64,000 nucleotides of DNA from Candidatus Onthocola gallistercoris (lineage in GTDB: Bacteria; Bacillota; Clostridia; Lachnospirales; Lachnospiraceae). The stretch's first letter is position 1. Each line of letters begins with the position of its first letter. The stretch covers positions 7,614-71,613 of the forward strand of contig DVLT01000038.1 of assembly GCA_018715345.1 (NCBI GenBank), in the 5' to 3' direction. The translations under genes and the position numbers were made by a program. Shown in pieces: positions 1 through 10,507 of the stretch. The notes under the pieces are model-generated. The model was not told the DNA's origin. It worked only from the letters and a program-made list of their open reading frames with translations, and did not search any database.

Positions 1-801
1 TTCCCGGTGGTAACAAATGATGATCACTATTATGGTATGATCTCCCGCCGATCCTTGATCAATATGGAGAGCAAAAAGGTCATTTTGGTGGATCACAATG
101 AGCAGGCCCAGGCTGCGGAAGGTGTGGTGGAAGCGGAGATCATCGAGATCATCGATCATCATAAGCTGGGAACGGTGGAGACGATCCAGCCGGTGAAAGT
201 CCGGAGCCAACCGGTGGGCTGCACGGCCACGATCATTTACCAGATGTATCGGGAAAATGCCATTGACATTCCGAAAGATACGGCGGGTATATTGTGTGCA
301 GCGATCATTTCGGACACACTTTTGTTCCGTTCGCCCACCTGCACGATGGAGGATGAGTCGGCGGCCAATGTCCTTTCAAAGATCGCCGGGATCGATATGG
401 AATTGTTTGCCGCGGAAATGTTCGAGGCGGGAAGCAATCTGAGGAAAAAGACAGATTCGGAAATCTTTTATCAGGACTATAAGATGTTCTCCTCCGGTGA
501 GATCCATTATGGTGTGGGTCAGGTCATTTCCATGAACAGCGAGGAACTGGAAGATATACAGGGACGGATGCTGGCGTATATGGAATCTGTCCGGGAGTCC
601 AAAAGACTGTCCATGGTGCTGTTTATGCTGACAAATGTCCTTACCGAATCCACACGGCTGTTGTTTGTGGGTAAGGAGGCCAAAATATATGTGGAGACCA
701 GTTTTGGCATGACGCCTCATAATGATTATGTGGACCTTCAGGGCGTTGTGTCCAGGAAGAAACAGCTCATACCGCGGCTTATGGCCACGCTGCAGCAGTA
801 G
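1..801 (+). CDS. CBS-domain family II (DHH/DHHA2) inorganic pyrophosphatase paralog, C-terminal part; the 5' end lies outside the window
   Basis: Frame 1 is open from base 1. Carries VDHNE and IIDHHKLG DHH motifs and a DHHA2-type tail (VSRKKQLIPRL). Aligns residue by residue with the C-terminal half of the next ORF. Confidence 0.8.
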   Translation, partial: FPVVTNDDHYYGMISRRSLINMESKKVILVDHNEQAQAAEGVVEAEIIEIIDHHKLGTVETIQPVKVRSQPVGCTATIIYQMYRENAIDIPKDTAGILCAAIISDTLLFRSPTCTMEDESAANVLSKIAGIDMELFAAEMFEAGSNLRKKTDSEIFYQDYKMFSSGEIHYGVGQVISMNSEELEDIQGRMLAYMESVRESKRLSMVLFMLTNVLTESTRLLFVGKEAKIYVETSFGMTPHNDYVDLQGVVSRKKQLIPRLMATLQQ

Positions 802-814
802 GAGGTGGAAGAAG

Positions 815-2467
815 ATGACAAATAAAAAAATCTATGTTATCGGACATAAGAATCCGGATACGGATTCCATCTGCTCCGCCATTTCCTATGCTTATCTGCG
901 AAATAAAATGACAGGCGATAACTATGTGCCGGCAAGGGCAGGAAGGATCCCGTCGGAGGCAAAGTTCGTCTTGGACTATTTTAAAGCGGACAGGCCGATC
1001 TACGTGGAAGATGTGCGGGCCCAGGTGCGGGATATGAATTTAAATCCCCCCTGTTGTGCGTCACCGGAAACCAGTCTGAAAGACGCCTGGAATCTTCTGT
1101 TGGATCAAAAGCGGTCCACGCTTTGTGTGGTGGATGAAGATCAGAAACTTTTAGGCTTGATAACAAAAGGTGATATCACAAAGACATACATGGGGGTGTA
1201 TGACAGCAAAATACTTTCCCAGACGAGAACGCCTTATAAGAATATACTGGAAACATTAAACGGTGAAATGCTGGTGGGAGACCCGGACGGCGTTGTGGAA
1301 CATGGAAAAGTGCTGATCGCTGCGGCCAATCCGGACCTGATGGAAGAGTATGTGGAAAACGGAGATATGGTCATGGTGGAGAACCGTTATGAATCTCAGC
1401 TCTGCGCCATTGAGATGAACGCCGGCTGCCTGATCGTCTGCATGAACGGTGAGATCCAGCCCGGTATCCTGAAACTGGCGCAGGAGCGGGGATGTTCCAT
1501 CATCCGGACGGCGTATGACACATATATAGCCGCCCGTCTGCTGAACCAGAGTATTGCGTTGAAGCACTTTATGGTAAAAGATAATCTGCTGACATTTAAA
1601 CTGGATGACTATATCGATTATGTGAAAGAGATCATGGTGAATAACCGGCACCGCTCTTTCCCCATTGTCAGCCTGGATGGGAAGGTACTCGGCATGTTTA
1701 GCCGGCAGATGCTGGTGGATATACAGAAGAAGCGGGTGGCTCTGGTGGATCATAATGAAGCCAGTCAGGCTGTGGACGGCATACGGGATTGTGATCTGCT
1801 GGAAATCGTGGATCATCATAAACTGGGGTATGTGGAAACCTTGACGCCGGTGTTCTTCCGAAACCAGCCGGTGGGCTGTACTTCAACGATCATTTATATG
1901 ATGTTCCAAGAACATCAGATCAGGATCCCTAAAAAGATCGCCGGACTGATGTGTTCTGCCATATTGTCAGACACGCTCCTGTTCCATTCGCCCACCTGTA
2001 CGCCCCTTGATAGAAAGGCTGTGGAAGAGTTGGCCAAGATCGCAGGGATCGATCCCCAGACGTATGCCATGCAGATGTTTTCAGCGGGAAGCGATCTGCA
2101 GAATAAGTCGGATGCCGAAGTATTTTATCAGGATTTCAAAAAATTCTCCGCAGGAGATATCCAGTTTGGCGTGGGCCAGATCATGTCTCTGGATCCGGGG
2201 GAGCTGGACCGGGTAAAAGAACGGCTGATCACCTTCCTGCCCAAGGCAAAACAGGACCATGGGCTGGACATGATCTTCTTTATGCTGACAGATATCCTGG
2301 AAGAATCCACTTTCGTCCTGTGCTCCGATGAGGAAGCGCTGGCGGTGGCCCGCAGAAGTTTTGCCGTGGAAGGACAAGAGCAGGACAATGGTATGTATGT
2401 CCGGAAGATGGTATCCAGGAAAAAGCAGTTTATCCCCAAGATCGTGGATACACTTCAGGAACAGTAG
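815..2467 (+). CDS. CBS/DRTGG-domain family II inorganic pyrophosphatase (CBS-PPase)
   Basis: ATG 815 follows GGAGGTGGAAG. N-terminal HKNPDTDSICSA DHH motif, then CBS pair plus DRTGG-like insert, then VDHNE, VDHHKLG and a DHHA2 tail. The longer ORF-track start at 722 lacks an RBS. Confidence 0.85.
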   Translation: MTNKKIYVIGHKNPDTDSICSAISYAYLRNKMTGDNYVPARAGRIPSEAKFVLDYFKADRPIYVEDVRAQVRDMNLNPPCCASPETSLKDAWNLLLDQKRSTLCVVDEDQKLLGLITKGDITKTYMGVYDSKILSQTRTPYKNILETLNGEMLVGDPDGVVEHGKVLIAAANPDLMEEYVENGDMVMVENRYESQLCAIEMNAGCLIVCMNGEIQPGILKLAQERGCSIIRTAYDTYIAARLLNQSIALKHFMVKDNLLTFKLDDYIDYVKEIMVNNRHRSFPIVSLDGKVLGMFSRQMLVDIQKKRVALVDHNEASQAVDGIRDCDLLEIVDHHKLGYVETLTPVFFRNQPVGCTSTIIYMMFQEHQIRIPKKIAGLMCSAILSDTLLFHSPTCTPLDRKAVEELAKIAGIDPQTYAMQMFSAGSDLQNKSDAEVFYQDFKKFSAGDIQFGVGQIMSLDPGELDRVKERLITFLPKAKQDHGLDMIFFMLTDILEESTFVLCSDEEALAVARRSFAVEGQEQDNGMYVRKMVSRKKQFIPKIVDTLQEQ

Positions 2468-2484
2468 AAAGGCGGTATCTCTAA

Positions 2485-3060
2485 ATGGATAAATTACAAT
2501 GGCGACCGGGGAATATGCTCTATCCGGTGCCGGCTGTACTGGTGAGCTGTGGTGGGAAAAACGGCGAGAAAAACATGTTGACGATAGCTTGGGCCGGGAC
2601 GGTCTGCTCCGATCCGGCCATGGTTTCCATATCTGTCCGTAAAGAACGGTATTCCTACGATATGATCCGGGAGACTGGGGAATTTGTGATCAATCTGACC
2701 ACGGAAGCCCTGGCAAAAGCAGCCGACTACTGCGGTGTGCGTTCGGGAAGAGATGTGGATAAATTCCAACAGACCGGGCTGACGCCTGAGATGGGGACGC
2801 TGGCATATGCGCCTGTGATCCGCGAAAGTCCCGTATCCATAGAATGCGTGGTGGAACAGATCCTGCCGTTGGGCAGCCATGATATGTTCATCGCAAAGGT
2901 CAAGACGGTTTTTGTGGATGGAAAATACATGGATGAAAAGGGAACGTTCCATCTGGAAAAAGCCTGTCCCATCGTCTATTCCCATGGGCAGTATTTCGGA
3001 CTGGGAGACGGGATCGGTAAATTTGGTTATAGTGTGCGGAAGAAGAAAAAGAAAAAATAG
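2485..3060 (+). CDS. Flavin reductase-like (flavoredoxin) domain protein
   Basis: The YPVPAVLVSCGG...NMLTIAWAG pattern is typical of the FMN-binding split-barrel flavin reductase family. Ends in a KKKKKK tail. Confidence 0.7.
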   Translation: MDKLQWRPGNMLYPVPAVLVSCGGKNGEKNMLTIAWAGTVCSDPAMVSISVRKERYSYDMIRETGEFVINLTTEALAKAADYCGVRSGRDVDKFQQTGLTPEMGTLAYAPVIRESPVSIECVVEQILPLGSHDMFIAKVKTVFVDGKYMDEKGTFHLEKACPIVYSHGQYFGLGDGIGKFGYSVRKKKKKK

Positions 3061-3084
3061 AGACCGGAAGAGATGGCTGGGCTA

Positions 3085-4296
3085 TCAGTCATCTCTTTTG
3101 TCATTTTCAGAAGGAGAAGTCAGGCTGCTGCCCCGGATGATGGCGGAATCGCCGTATTTTTGACGGATAGCATCCAAGGCTTTGTCGAGTTTCTGATGCC
3201 GGATGTGGGAAGCGGCCTCAAATAGATCCATCTGGTGGACAGGCGCATCGGACAGCTTGGAAGTACGCAGCCCCAACAGACGGATGGGCTGACCTGTCCA
3301 TAGTTCGTTAAATAGTTCCATGCCTGTCTGGTGGAGGATGGCAGGGTCTTGCACAGCTTCCGGCAGTTGCTTTTGATGGGAGAAGGAACGGAAGTCACTA
3401 TACTTGATCTCCACACTGACCATGCCGGCAAAAAGCCGGGCAGCGCGCAGGCGGAGGGAAACTTTTTTTGCCAGTTCCAAAAGAACCTGGGAAGCTTCCG
3501 AAACACTGGTGACATCTGCGGATAAAGTGGTGGAGTGACCGATCCCTTTGGCTGCCTGGGTGCGGGTCTCCACCGGACTTTTTTCAATACCATTGGCATA
3601 TTCCCAGATCGTCCGGCCGTGGGACTTGAGATGGGCATAGAGTATATTGGGATCGGTATGGGCCAGCTCACCGATGGTACGGATTCCCAGCAGTTCCAGA
3701 CGTGCAGCAGCGGCATGGCCGACCATGAACAGATCCTCAACGGGCAGTGGCCACATCTTTTCCGGGATCTCTTCCGGGAAAAGGGTATGGACCCGGTTGG
3801 GTTTTTCGAAGTCGCTGGCCATCTTGGCCAAAAGAAAATTCGTGGATATACCCACGTTCACCGTGAATCCCAGTTCGTTGAAAATCCGCTGGCGGATAAT
3901 GTGGGCGGCCTTCACCGGGGAATGGTCATCCCCTGGGAAAGGACGATAGACCATAAAGCATTCATCGATACTATAGGGACGGATATCATCGGAATATTCT
4001 GCGAGGATCTTACGCATCTCCTGGCTGAATTGACGGTAAAGATCATGATCTGGAGGGATCAGCAGAAGATGTGGGCACTTTTTAAGCGCATCTGTGACCG
4101 GCTCGCCGGTGCGTACATGATACCTTTTGGCGGGAATGGACTTGGCCAGGATAACGCCCCGGCGTTTAGATGTGTCGCCTCCAACGGCCGCATCCACTGT
4201 CCGGAGATCGGTGGGATAACCCTTAGAAAGCATATGAACAGCGCTCCAGCTCAGATAAGCAGAATTGACGTCGATATGAAAGATCACAGGGCACAC
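3085..4296 (-). CDS. dinB: Y-family DNA polymerase IV
   Basis: FHIDVNSAYLS, SIDECF and LLAKMASD motifs. GTG start preceded by GGAGGTGG (reverse complement of 4301-4310). Confidence 0.9.
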   Translation of the reverse strand: MCPVIFHIDVNSAYLSWSAVHMLSKGYPTDLRTVDAAVGGDTSKRRGVILAKSIPAKRYHVRTGEPVTDALKKCPHLLLIPPDHDLYRQFSQEMRKILAEYSDDIRPYSIDECFMVYRPFPGDDHSPVKAAHIIRQRIFNELGFTVNVGISTNFLLAKMASDFEKPNRVHTLFPEEIPEKMWPLPVEDLFMVGHAAAARLELLGIRTIGELAHTDPNILYAHLKSHGRTIWEYANGIEKSPVETRTQAAKGIGHSTTLSADVTSVSEASQVLLELAKKVSLRLRAARLFAGMVSVEIKYSDFRSFSHQKQLPEAVQDPAILHQTGMELFNELWTGQPIRLLGLRTSKLSDAPVHQMDLFEAASHIRHQKLDKALDAIRQKYGDSAIIRGSSLTSPSENDKRDD

Positions 4297-4369
4297 AGCG
4301 CCACCTCCCTATATGTATAAAATATAAGATCAGTATAACGTTTTCAGGGGAAAATTTCAACTGGAAAAT

Positions 4370-4383
4370 CGAATATATGTTCG
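4370..4383. promoter_or_regulatory. LexA (Cheo/SOS) box upstream of dinB
   Basis: CGAATATATGTTCG differs at one position from the Firmicute consensus CGAAC-N4-GTTCG. It lies 74-87 nt upstream of the dinB start. Confidence 0.6.
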
Positions 4384-4469
4384 CATAAAGCGCTGGGATT
4401 TCACATTTATATGGTTGAAGCATACAGTAGGTTGCGTTAAAATAGAAAACATGACAGGAGGAAACCAAA

Positions 4470-4976
4470 TTGGATAATATCATACTTATCGGCATGCCCG
4501 GAGCAGGGAAAAGTACATTGGGCGTGGTTCTTGCAAAGATCATGAATTATGGGTTTGTGGATTCTGACCTCAGGATACAGGCGCAGGAAGGGAAAAAACT
4601 GTACGAACTCATTGAAGAATACGGGATAGAAGGCTTTTTGAAGATCGAGGACCAGGTAAACAGGCATATCTGTGATAATCAGGTTGTGATCGCCACCGGC
4701 GGCAGTGCTGTTTATAATGAAGTTTCCATGGAATATCTGAGAAGTACAGGCCTTGTAGTTTATCTATGTATCTCCTGTGATGCGCTGAAAGAAAGACTGG
4801 GAGATCTGGATCAAAGGGGCGTCGTTTTAAAGAAGGGTTTTACTGTGGAAGATCTTTATGAAGAACGTCGGCCTTATTATGAAAGATACGCAGATATCAT
4901 CGTAGATCTGGACGGCTTGTCCATGGAAGAAGCAATAAGGAAGTTGGTTTATGAAATTAATGCATATAAAGAGTAA
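4470..4976 (+). CDS. aroK: Shikimate kinase
   Basis: GMPGAGKST P-loop and VIATGGGAV-like motif. TTG start 8 nt after AGGAGG (4456-4461). Confidence 0.85.
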   Translation: MDNIILIGMPGAGKSTLGVVLAKIMNYGFVDSDLRIQAQEGKKLYELIEEYGIEGFLKIEDQVNRHICDNQVVIATGGSAVYNEVSMEYLRSTGLVVYLCISCDALKERLGDLDQRGVVLKKGFTVEDLYEERRPYYERYADIIVDLDGLSMEEAIRKLVYEINAYKE

Positions 4977-7563
4977 AGAAAAATCAGGGAAAAGGCGCTG
5001 GTATATCCGGTACCGTTGGCAGCTGCTGGCGTTTCTCATACCCATCGTGGTGGCGGCGACTGCCTTTATATGCCAAGGCGTATGGCCTTTTGGCAGCCGA
5101 GGCATCAGTATCATTGATTCCTATCATCAGTATGTGCCTTTTTTTTCCGAGCTGCAGTATAAATGGCGGCATTTGGACAGTATGGCGTATACATGGCATG
5201 GCGGATTGGGAACGAATTTTATTTCCATTTATGCGTATTATCTGGCCAGCCCGCTGAATCTTTTGCTCATACTCATGCCCAGAAATCTGATCATGGAAAC
5301 TTTTGCGATCATTTATCTGCTAAAAATAGGCTTGTGCGGGCTGACATTTTACACTTATCTGAGCCGGAGACTGGGAAAAGGCGGTCTGACTGCTGTTGTT
5401 TTTTCCGTAACGTATGCGTTAAGCGGTTATGTGATCGGTTATGGCTGGAATATCATGTGGCTGGACTGTATTGCGCTTTTACCGATCATCTTGATGGGGT
5501 TGGAAAAGCTTGTCCATCAGAGGGACGGCCTGACCTATGGGCTGGCTCTGGCATTGTGCATTTACTGCAATTATTATATATCCATCATGATCTGCATCTT
5601 TCTTTGTCTGTATTTTGCAGTGCAGCTCATCTTGATGAAGAGAAAAACGATCCGGAAAATAGGGGCCGCAGTGGGAAGATTTACCGGGTATTCCCTGCTT
5701 TCCGGCGCTTTTGGGGCAGTGATGCTGCTTCCGGCTTTTTGTACACTCCTTTCCACAAAGTCTGCTGAAAGTGAATTTCCAACGGCGGTCACTTTTTATA
5801 CAGAAACAGCCGAATTGTTTGGCCAGCATCTGGCGGCTGTGGCCCCCACATCCCTGACGGGTGATCCGAATCTGTACTGCGGTCTGTTCATACTGCTGCT
5901 GATCCCGCTGTATTGGATGAATAAAAAGATCGATTTAAAGGAAAAAATAATTTACAGCCTTCTGGCAGCGTTTATGCTTTTTAGTCTGAATATGAATATT
6001 CTGGCATATATATGGCAAGGATTCCATTTTCCCAACGGTCTGCCCGGAAGATTTTCTTTTATTTACATTTTTCTGCTGATCCGTATGGGCTATGAAGGAT
6101 TTATAAAAAGAAGCGGATGGCCAAAATATTTTTGGTTTTTATCGGCAGTGCCGGCATGCGTCTTACTGGGATGGTCGGTATTCCATCAGGTGGAGAATAT
6201 TTCAGATATCGTATTTTGGATCAACATTGCTCTGACCGGGATCTATATTGTCCTGATCGGTATGGCTGCCCTCCGATGGAAAGGACGCCGGAGTGCCACG
6301 ATCGCTCTTGTCAGTCTGTTCCTTGTGGAAATATGCGGCAATAGTGTTTATGGTCTGTGTGCCAATGGAACAGTGGACAGAAAAGGCTATTACAGCGATC
6401 AGGATGCGGTGGAGGAATTGAAAGGGCGGGTTGCTGCCCAGGATGACAGTTTTTATCGGATGGAAGTGGAAGAAAGGCGCGGCAGGGATGATGTGACCTG
6501 GCATAATCTTCCGGGAATGTCTCTCTTTTCTTCAACGGTGAACGCAGGGACGGACAATCTGATGCGTCGCCTGGGATTTTATGCGGTGACAAACAAATAC
6601 AGCTATGAGGGCGCCACTCCCGAGACCGATGCCATCTTGAACATTAAATACCTTTTGAGCAACAAAAAGCAGGAGACCATCCGTACATTCGAGTGGGAAG
6701 ATTCGGCGGACGGCAAAAACCTGTATAAAAATGACATGGCCCTTGGGCAAGGGTTTATGGTATCCGAAGATATATTGAACTGGGATTATGAGCAGACGAA
6801 TCCGTTTAATGTGCTGAACAGCTTTAATCAGGCAGCAACAGGAAGTTCCCAGCTTTTGTATCAAAGCTTTGGGATCGGTGTCCCGGAGGCGGAAGGGTGC
6901 AGCGTGGAACAGGATACGTGGGCGGATTTCAGCTATTCCCATGGCGAAGAAGGGGGAACGCTTACCTGGACCTATACTGCCCAGTCTGATGAAGAAGTGT
7001 ATATTTACTTTAAAGCAACCCGCTGCGAACGGCTGAGGGTGGAAACGCCGGAAGGCAGCGCAAGCTATACAGATGAGGATGGTCATATCGTGGAGATCGG
7101 CAATCTGTCGGCGGGTGACACGGTTACTCTGACCTTTGAACTGGATGATGCCTATGAAAGCGGAACGATCAAACTCATCGGCGGCCGCCATGACATCCAT
7201 GCTTTTTACGGAATGGTCGATGCCCTCCGGCAAAGTACATGGCGTGTGGATGAATATACCAGTACCATGCTTTCTGGAACAGTCCAAGCGGCACAGGATG
7301 GCATATTATTCACATCTGTACCTTATGAAGAGGGCTGGACGGTTTATGTGGATGGCAAGGAAGTTGAGGCGGAAGCCATCGGTGGCGGCCTGATAGGTAT
7401 ACCATTGGAACAGGGAGAGCATATCGTGAAAATGGTCTATAAAGCTCCTGGATATTTCCCTGGAATTTGTATAACTTTAGGGGCAGCTCTTATATTTGGC
7501 CTGATATTATGGCGTAGGGGCATGGGAAAAAATTACAAAATTTTACAAAAGTGTAAAATCTAA
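4951..7563 (+). CDS. YfhO-family polytopic membrane protein (glycosyl-transfer associated)
   Basis: About 870 aa with many TM helices. The N-terminal IDSYHQYVPF motif and large C-terminal extracytoplasmic domain are typical of YfhO. Confidence 0.7.
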   Translation: MKLMHIKSKEKSGKRRWYIRYRWQLLAFLIPIVVAATAFICQGVWPFGSRGISIIDSYHQYVPFFSELQYKWRHLDSMAYTWHGGLGTNFISIYAYYLASPLNLLLILMPRNLIMETFAIIYLLKIGLCGLTFYTYLSRRLGKGGLTAVVFSVTYALSGYVIGYGWNIMWLDCIALLPIILMGLEKLVHQRDGLTYGLALALCIYCNYYISIMICIFLCLYFAVQLILMKRKTIRKIGAAVGRFTGYSLLSGAFGAVMLLPAFCTLLSTKSAESEFPTAVTFYTETAELFGQHLAAVAPTSLTGDPNLYCGLFILLLIPLYWMNKKIDLKEKIIYSLLAAFMLFSLNMNILAYIWQGFHFPNGLPGRFSFIYIFLLIRMGYEGFIKRSGWPKYFWFLSAVPACVLLGWSVFHQVENISDIVFWINIALTGIYIVLIGMAALRWKGRRSATIALVSLFLVEICGNSVYGLCANGTVDRKGYYSDQDAVEELKGRVAAQDDSFYRMEVEERRGRDDVTWHNLPGMSLFSSTVNAGTDNLMRRLGFYAVTNKYSYEGATPETDAILNIKYLLSNKKQETIRTFEWEDSADGKNLYKNDMALGQGFMVSEDILNWDYEQTNPFNVLNSFNQAATGSSQLLYQSFGIGVPEAEGCSVEQDTWADFSYSHGEEGGTLTWTYTAQSDEEVYIYFKATRCERLRVETPEGSASYTDEDGHIVEIGNLSAGDTVTLTFELDDAYESGTIKLIGGRHDIHAFYGMVDALRQSTWRVDEYTSTMLSGTVQAAQDGILFTSVPYEEGWTVYVDGKEVEAEAIGGGLIGIPLEQGEHIVKMVYKAPGYFPGICITLGAALIFGLILWRRGMGKNYKILQKCKI

Positions 7564-7674
7564 TTTACAAATATTATCATTATGCTATAATATAAAAGAT
7601 AAAAATCAGGACGGCTTCGGCCGTACAGTGGAAAAGTCAGTATTTTAGAATAACATATATTGAGGTGTACCGGA

Positions 7675-8967
7675 ATGAGACAATATGTGATAAAGGGCGG
7701 TAACCCATTGGTTGGAGATGTCACCATAAGCGGTGCGAAGAATGCGGCGTTGGGTATCCTGGCGGCGGCGATCATGAGCGATGAGGACGTCCTCATCGAC
7801 AACCTGCCCGATGTGAGTGATATCAATGTTTTGCTTCAGGCTATCGCATCCACAGGAGCTAAAGTTGTCCGGGTTGACAGGAATACAGTAAAGATTAACG
7901 GAAAGAGTATACGCAGTTATCGGATCGATGACTGTTTTATCCGCAAGATTCGGGCTTCCTACTATCTTTTGGGAGCTTTATTGGGCAAGTATAAAGAGGC
8001 GGAGGTTTCTCTGCCAGGCGGCTGTAATATCGGAAGCCGTCCCATCGATCAGCATTTGAAGGGCTTTAAAGCTTTGGGAGCCCATGTGGAGATCGAAAAT
8101 GGCATGATCATGGCAAAAGCCGAACATTTGAGAGCCAGACACATCTATCTGGACATGGTTTCCGTAGGCGCCACGATCAATATCATGATGGCGGCAGTCA
8201 TGGCAGAAGGACGTACGATCATCGAAAATGCCGCGAAAGAACCTCATGTGGTGGATGTGGCGAATTTTCTCAATTCCATGGGTGCTGATGTGAAGGGCGC
8301 CGGAACGGACGTGATCCGTATCCGCGGCGTCCAGAAGCTTCACGGATCGGAATATACCATCATACCGGATCAGATCGAGGCCGGAACATTTATGTGCGCA
8401 GCCGTGGCCACACGGGGCGATATCACCATTCGCAAAGTGATCCCGAAACATCTGGAATCTATTTCTGCAAAACTGGAAGAGATGGGCGCTTTTGTGGACG
8501 AGATGGACGATTCGGTCCGTGTTGTGGCTGAAGGCCGTCTCCATCCAACCAATGTTAAGACGCTGCCCTATCCCGGATTCCCGACGGATATGCAGCCCCA
8601 GACAGCCATCGCTCTGGCTTTGGCTGACGGCACCAGTGTGGTGACAGAAAGTATTTTTGAGAACCGTTTTAAATACATGGATGAACTGGCGCGTATGGGA
8701 GCCCGGGTGAAAGTTGAAGGCAACAGCGCCATCATCACCGGGATCAAGCAGTATAAAGGCGCTCATGTGAGCGCACCGGATCTGCGGGCCGGAGCAGCTC
8801 TCGTCATCGCCGGCCTGGCGGCGGACGGTTATACCACCATCGACGGTATCGAATATATCCAGAGGGGATATGAAAACTTTGACGGAAAGATCCGTTCCCT
8901 TGGCGGCTGTATCGAACTGGTGGAAGATGATAAAGATATTCAGAAATTCAAATTAAAGATCAGTTAA
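7675..8967 (+). CDS. murA: UDP-N-acetylglucosamine 1-carboxyvinyltransferase
   Basis: ISGAKNAAL, GGCNIGSRPID (catalytic Cys) and FPTDMQ motifs. ATG 7675 lies 7 nt after GAGGTG. Confidence 0.9.
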   Translation: MRQYVIKGGNPLVGDVTISGAKNAALGILAAAIMSDEDVLIDNLPDVSDINVLLQAIASTGAKVVRVDRNTVKINGKSIRSYRIDDCFIRKIRASYYLLGALLGKYKEAEVSLPGGCNIGSRPIDQHLKGFKALGAHVEIENGMIMAKAEHLRARHIYLDMVSVGATINIMMAAVMAEGRTIIENAAKEPHVVDVANFLNSMGADVKGAGTDVIRIRGVQKLHGSEYTIIPDQIEAGTFMCAAVATRGDITIRKVIPKHLESISAKLEEMGAFVDEMDDSVRVVAEGRLHPTNVKTLPYPGFPTDMQPQTAIALALADGTSVVTESIFENRFKYMDELARMGARVKVEGNSAIITGIKQYKGAHVSAPDLRAGAALVIAGLAADGYTTIDGIEYIQRGYENFDGKIRSLGGCIELVEDDKDIQKFKLKIS

Positions 8968-9033
8968 GGCTTGACTTAACCTATAAAAGCTGATACAATC
9001 ACCCAACAAGGAAACAATTTGATATTTGCACAA

Positions 9034-9140
9034 TTTCTCTTATTCAGAACAATGGAGCCTAAGGAGCGATGATATTGTGGCAACCCCTGGGATATGGAAG
9101 GTGCCTGCCTGAGCGAGTAAAATCGAACAATAAGAGGGTT
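9034..9140 (+). promoter_or_regulatory. SAM-I (S-box) riboswitch aptamer
   Basis: P1 arms CTCTTAT (9037-9043) and ATAAGAG (9130-9136). Internal GGCAACC and GGTGCC elements. Located in the metK leader. Confidence 0.75.
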
Positions 9141-9152
9141 TGATCGACATCA

Positions 9153-9176
9153 AGTCCGCTTTTGGCGGACTTTTTC
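9153..9176 (+). terminator. Riboswitch expression-platform terminator
   Basis: AGTCCGC-TTTT-GGCGGACT hairpin followed by TTTTTCTTT. Confidence 0.7.
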
Positions 9177-9267
9177 TTTGCTCTGGAAGAAAGCTTTGCT
9201 GCCCTTGCAGAACAGACAACTCTCCGAGTATAAGGTACGGTTAAGAGAAAAGAAAAGGAGGACATGA

Positions 9268-10461
9268 ATGGATAAAATCTTATTTACATCAGAATCAGTG
9301 ACAGAAGGCCATCCGGATAAAGTATGTGACGCGGTTTCAGACGCCATTCTGGATGCGATCATGGAACAAGATCCCATGGGACGTGTGGCCTGCGAGACCG
9401 CCACGACCACGGGCCTGGTCATGGTCATGGGTGAGATCACCACCACAGCCCAGCTGGACATCCAGAAGATCGTCAGAGATACTGTGCGGGAGATCGGCTA
9501 TACAAAAGGCGAGTACGGATTTGACGCAGACACCTGCGCTGTTATGGTCGTACTGGATAAGCAGTCGGAAGATATCGCTTTGGGCGTGGATAAAGCGTTG
9601 GAAGCCAAAGAAAACAAAATGTCCGATTCGGAGATCGAAGCGATCGGCGCCGGCGACCAGGGTATGATGTTTGGCTATGCGTCCAATGAAACGGAAGAAT
9701 ATATGCCTTATCCCATTGCTCTGGCCCATAAACTGTCCAGAAAGCTGGCAGAGGTCCGCAAAGACGGTACCCTTTCCTACCTTCGTCCCGATGGTAAGAC
9801 ACAGGTGACGGTGGAATACGATGAAAACGGACGTCCAAGCCGTCTGGATGCGGTGGTATTGTCCACACAGCATGATCCGGATGTGAGCCAGGAACAGATC
9901 CATGAAGATATCAAAAAATATGTGTTCGACACAGTACTTCCGGCAGATATGGTGGATGAAAATACTCAGTTCTTCATCAATCCCACCGGACGGTTTGTCA
10001 TTGGAGGCCCCCATGGGGACAGCGGTGTGACCGGCCGGAAGATCATCGTGGATTCCTACGGCGGCTATGCCCGTCACGGCGGCGGCGCCTTTTCTGGAAA
10101 AGACTGTACGAAGGTGGATCGTTCCGCCGCATATGCAGCCCGTTATGTGGCTAAGAACATTGTGGCGGCCGGACTGGCGGATAAATGCGAGATCCAGCTG
10201 TCCTATGCCATCGGTGTGGCGCAGCCCACCTCCATCATGGTGGATACCTTTGGTACAGGAAAACTTTCCGAGGAGAAGCTGGTTGAAATGATCCGGGAAA
10301 ACTTTGATCTGCGTCCGGCAGGCATCATCAAGATGCTGGATCTTCGCCGGCCCATCTATAAACAGACAGCGGCTTATGGCCATTTCGGAAGAAATGATCT
10401 GGATCTGCCCTGGGAGAAACTGGATAAGGTGGAGACATTAAAAAAATATCTGGATAAATAA
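9268..10461 (+). CDS. metK: S-adenosylmethionine synthase
   Basis: [19 protein letters not shown] and GGGAFSGKD signature motifs. AGGAGG RBS. Confidence 0.95.
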   Translation: MDKILFTSESVTEGHPDKVCDAVSDAILDAIMEQDPMGRVACETATTTGLVMVMGEITTTAQLDIQKIVRDTVREIGYTKGEYGFDADTCAVMVVLDKQSEDIALGVDKALEAKENKMSDSEIEAIGAGDQGMMFGYASNETEEYMPYPIALAHKLSRKLAEVRKDGTLSYLRPDGKTQVTVEYDENGRPSRLDAVVLSTQHDPDVSQEQIHEDIKKYVFDTVLPADMVDENTQFFINPTGRFVIGGPHGDSGVTGRKIIVDSYGGYARHGGGAFSGKDCTKVDRSAAYAARYVAKNIVAAGLADKCEIQLSYAIGVAQPTSIMVDTFGTGKLSEEKLVEMIRENFDLRPAGIIKMLDLRRPIYKQTAAYGHFGRNDLDLPWEKLDKVETLKKYLDK

Positions 10462-10507
10462 GATGAAATATACTGCGGGGCAGACGGCATTTTCTGTCTG
10501 TCCCGGG

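Noticed and set aside
722-814. N-terminal extensions of ORF-track calls: 722 for the PPase, 27770 for the permease, 29536 for XDH, 32781 for the Fe-S subunit, 34793 for asnS, 36285 for ltaS-like, 38110 for sbcD-like and 61720 for pth
   Set aside because: In each case an internal ATG preceded by a strong GGAGG-type RBS coincides with the conserved N-terminus of the family. The extensions overlap upstream genes or terminators.
9337-10383. 348-aa ORF antisense to metK. Similar long antisense ORFs lie at 3535-4320, 6532-7287, 7978-8766, 22640-23452, 24024-25199, 30058-30834, 33716-34786, 34931-35848 and 37338-38156.
   Set aside because: These are shadow ORFs opposite genes with unambiguous conserved motifs. 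Their products are His/Arg/Gly/Phe-rich with no recognisable domains and no convincing RBS.
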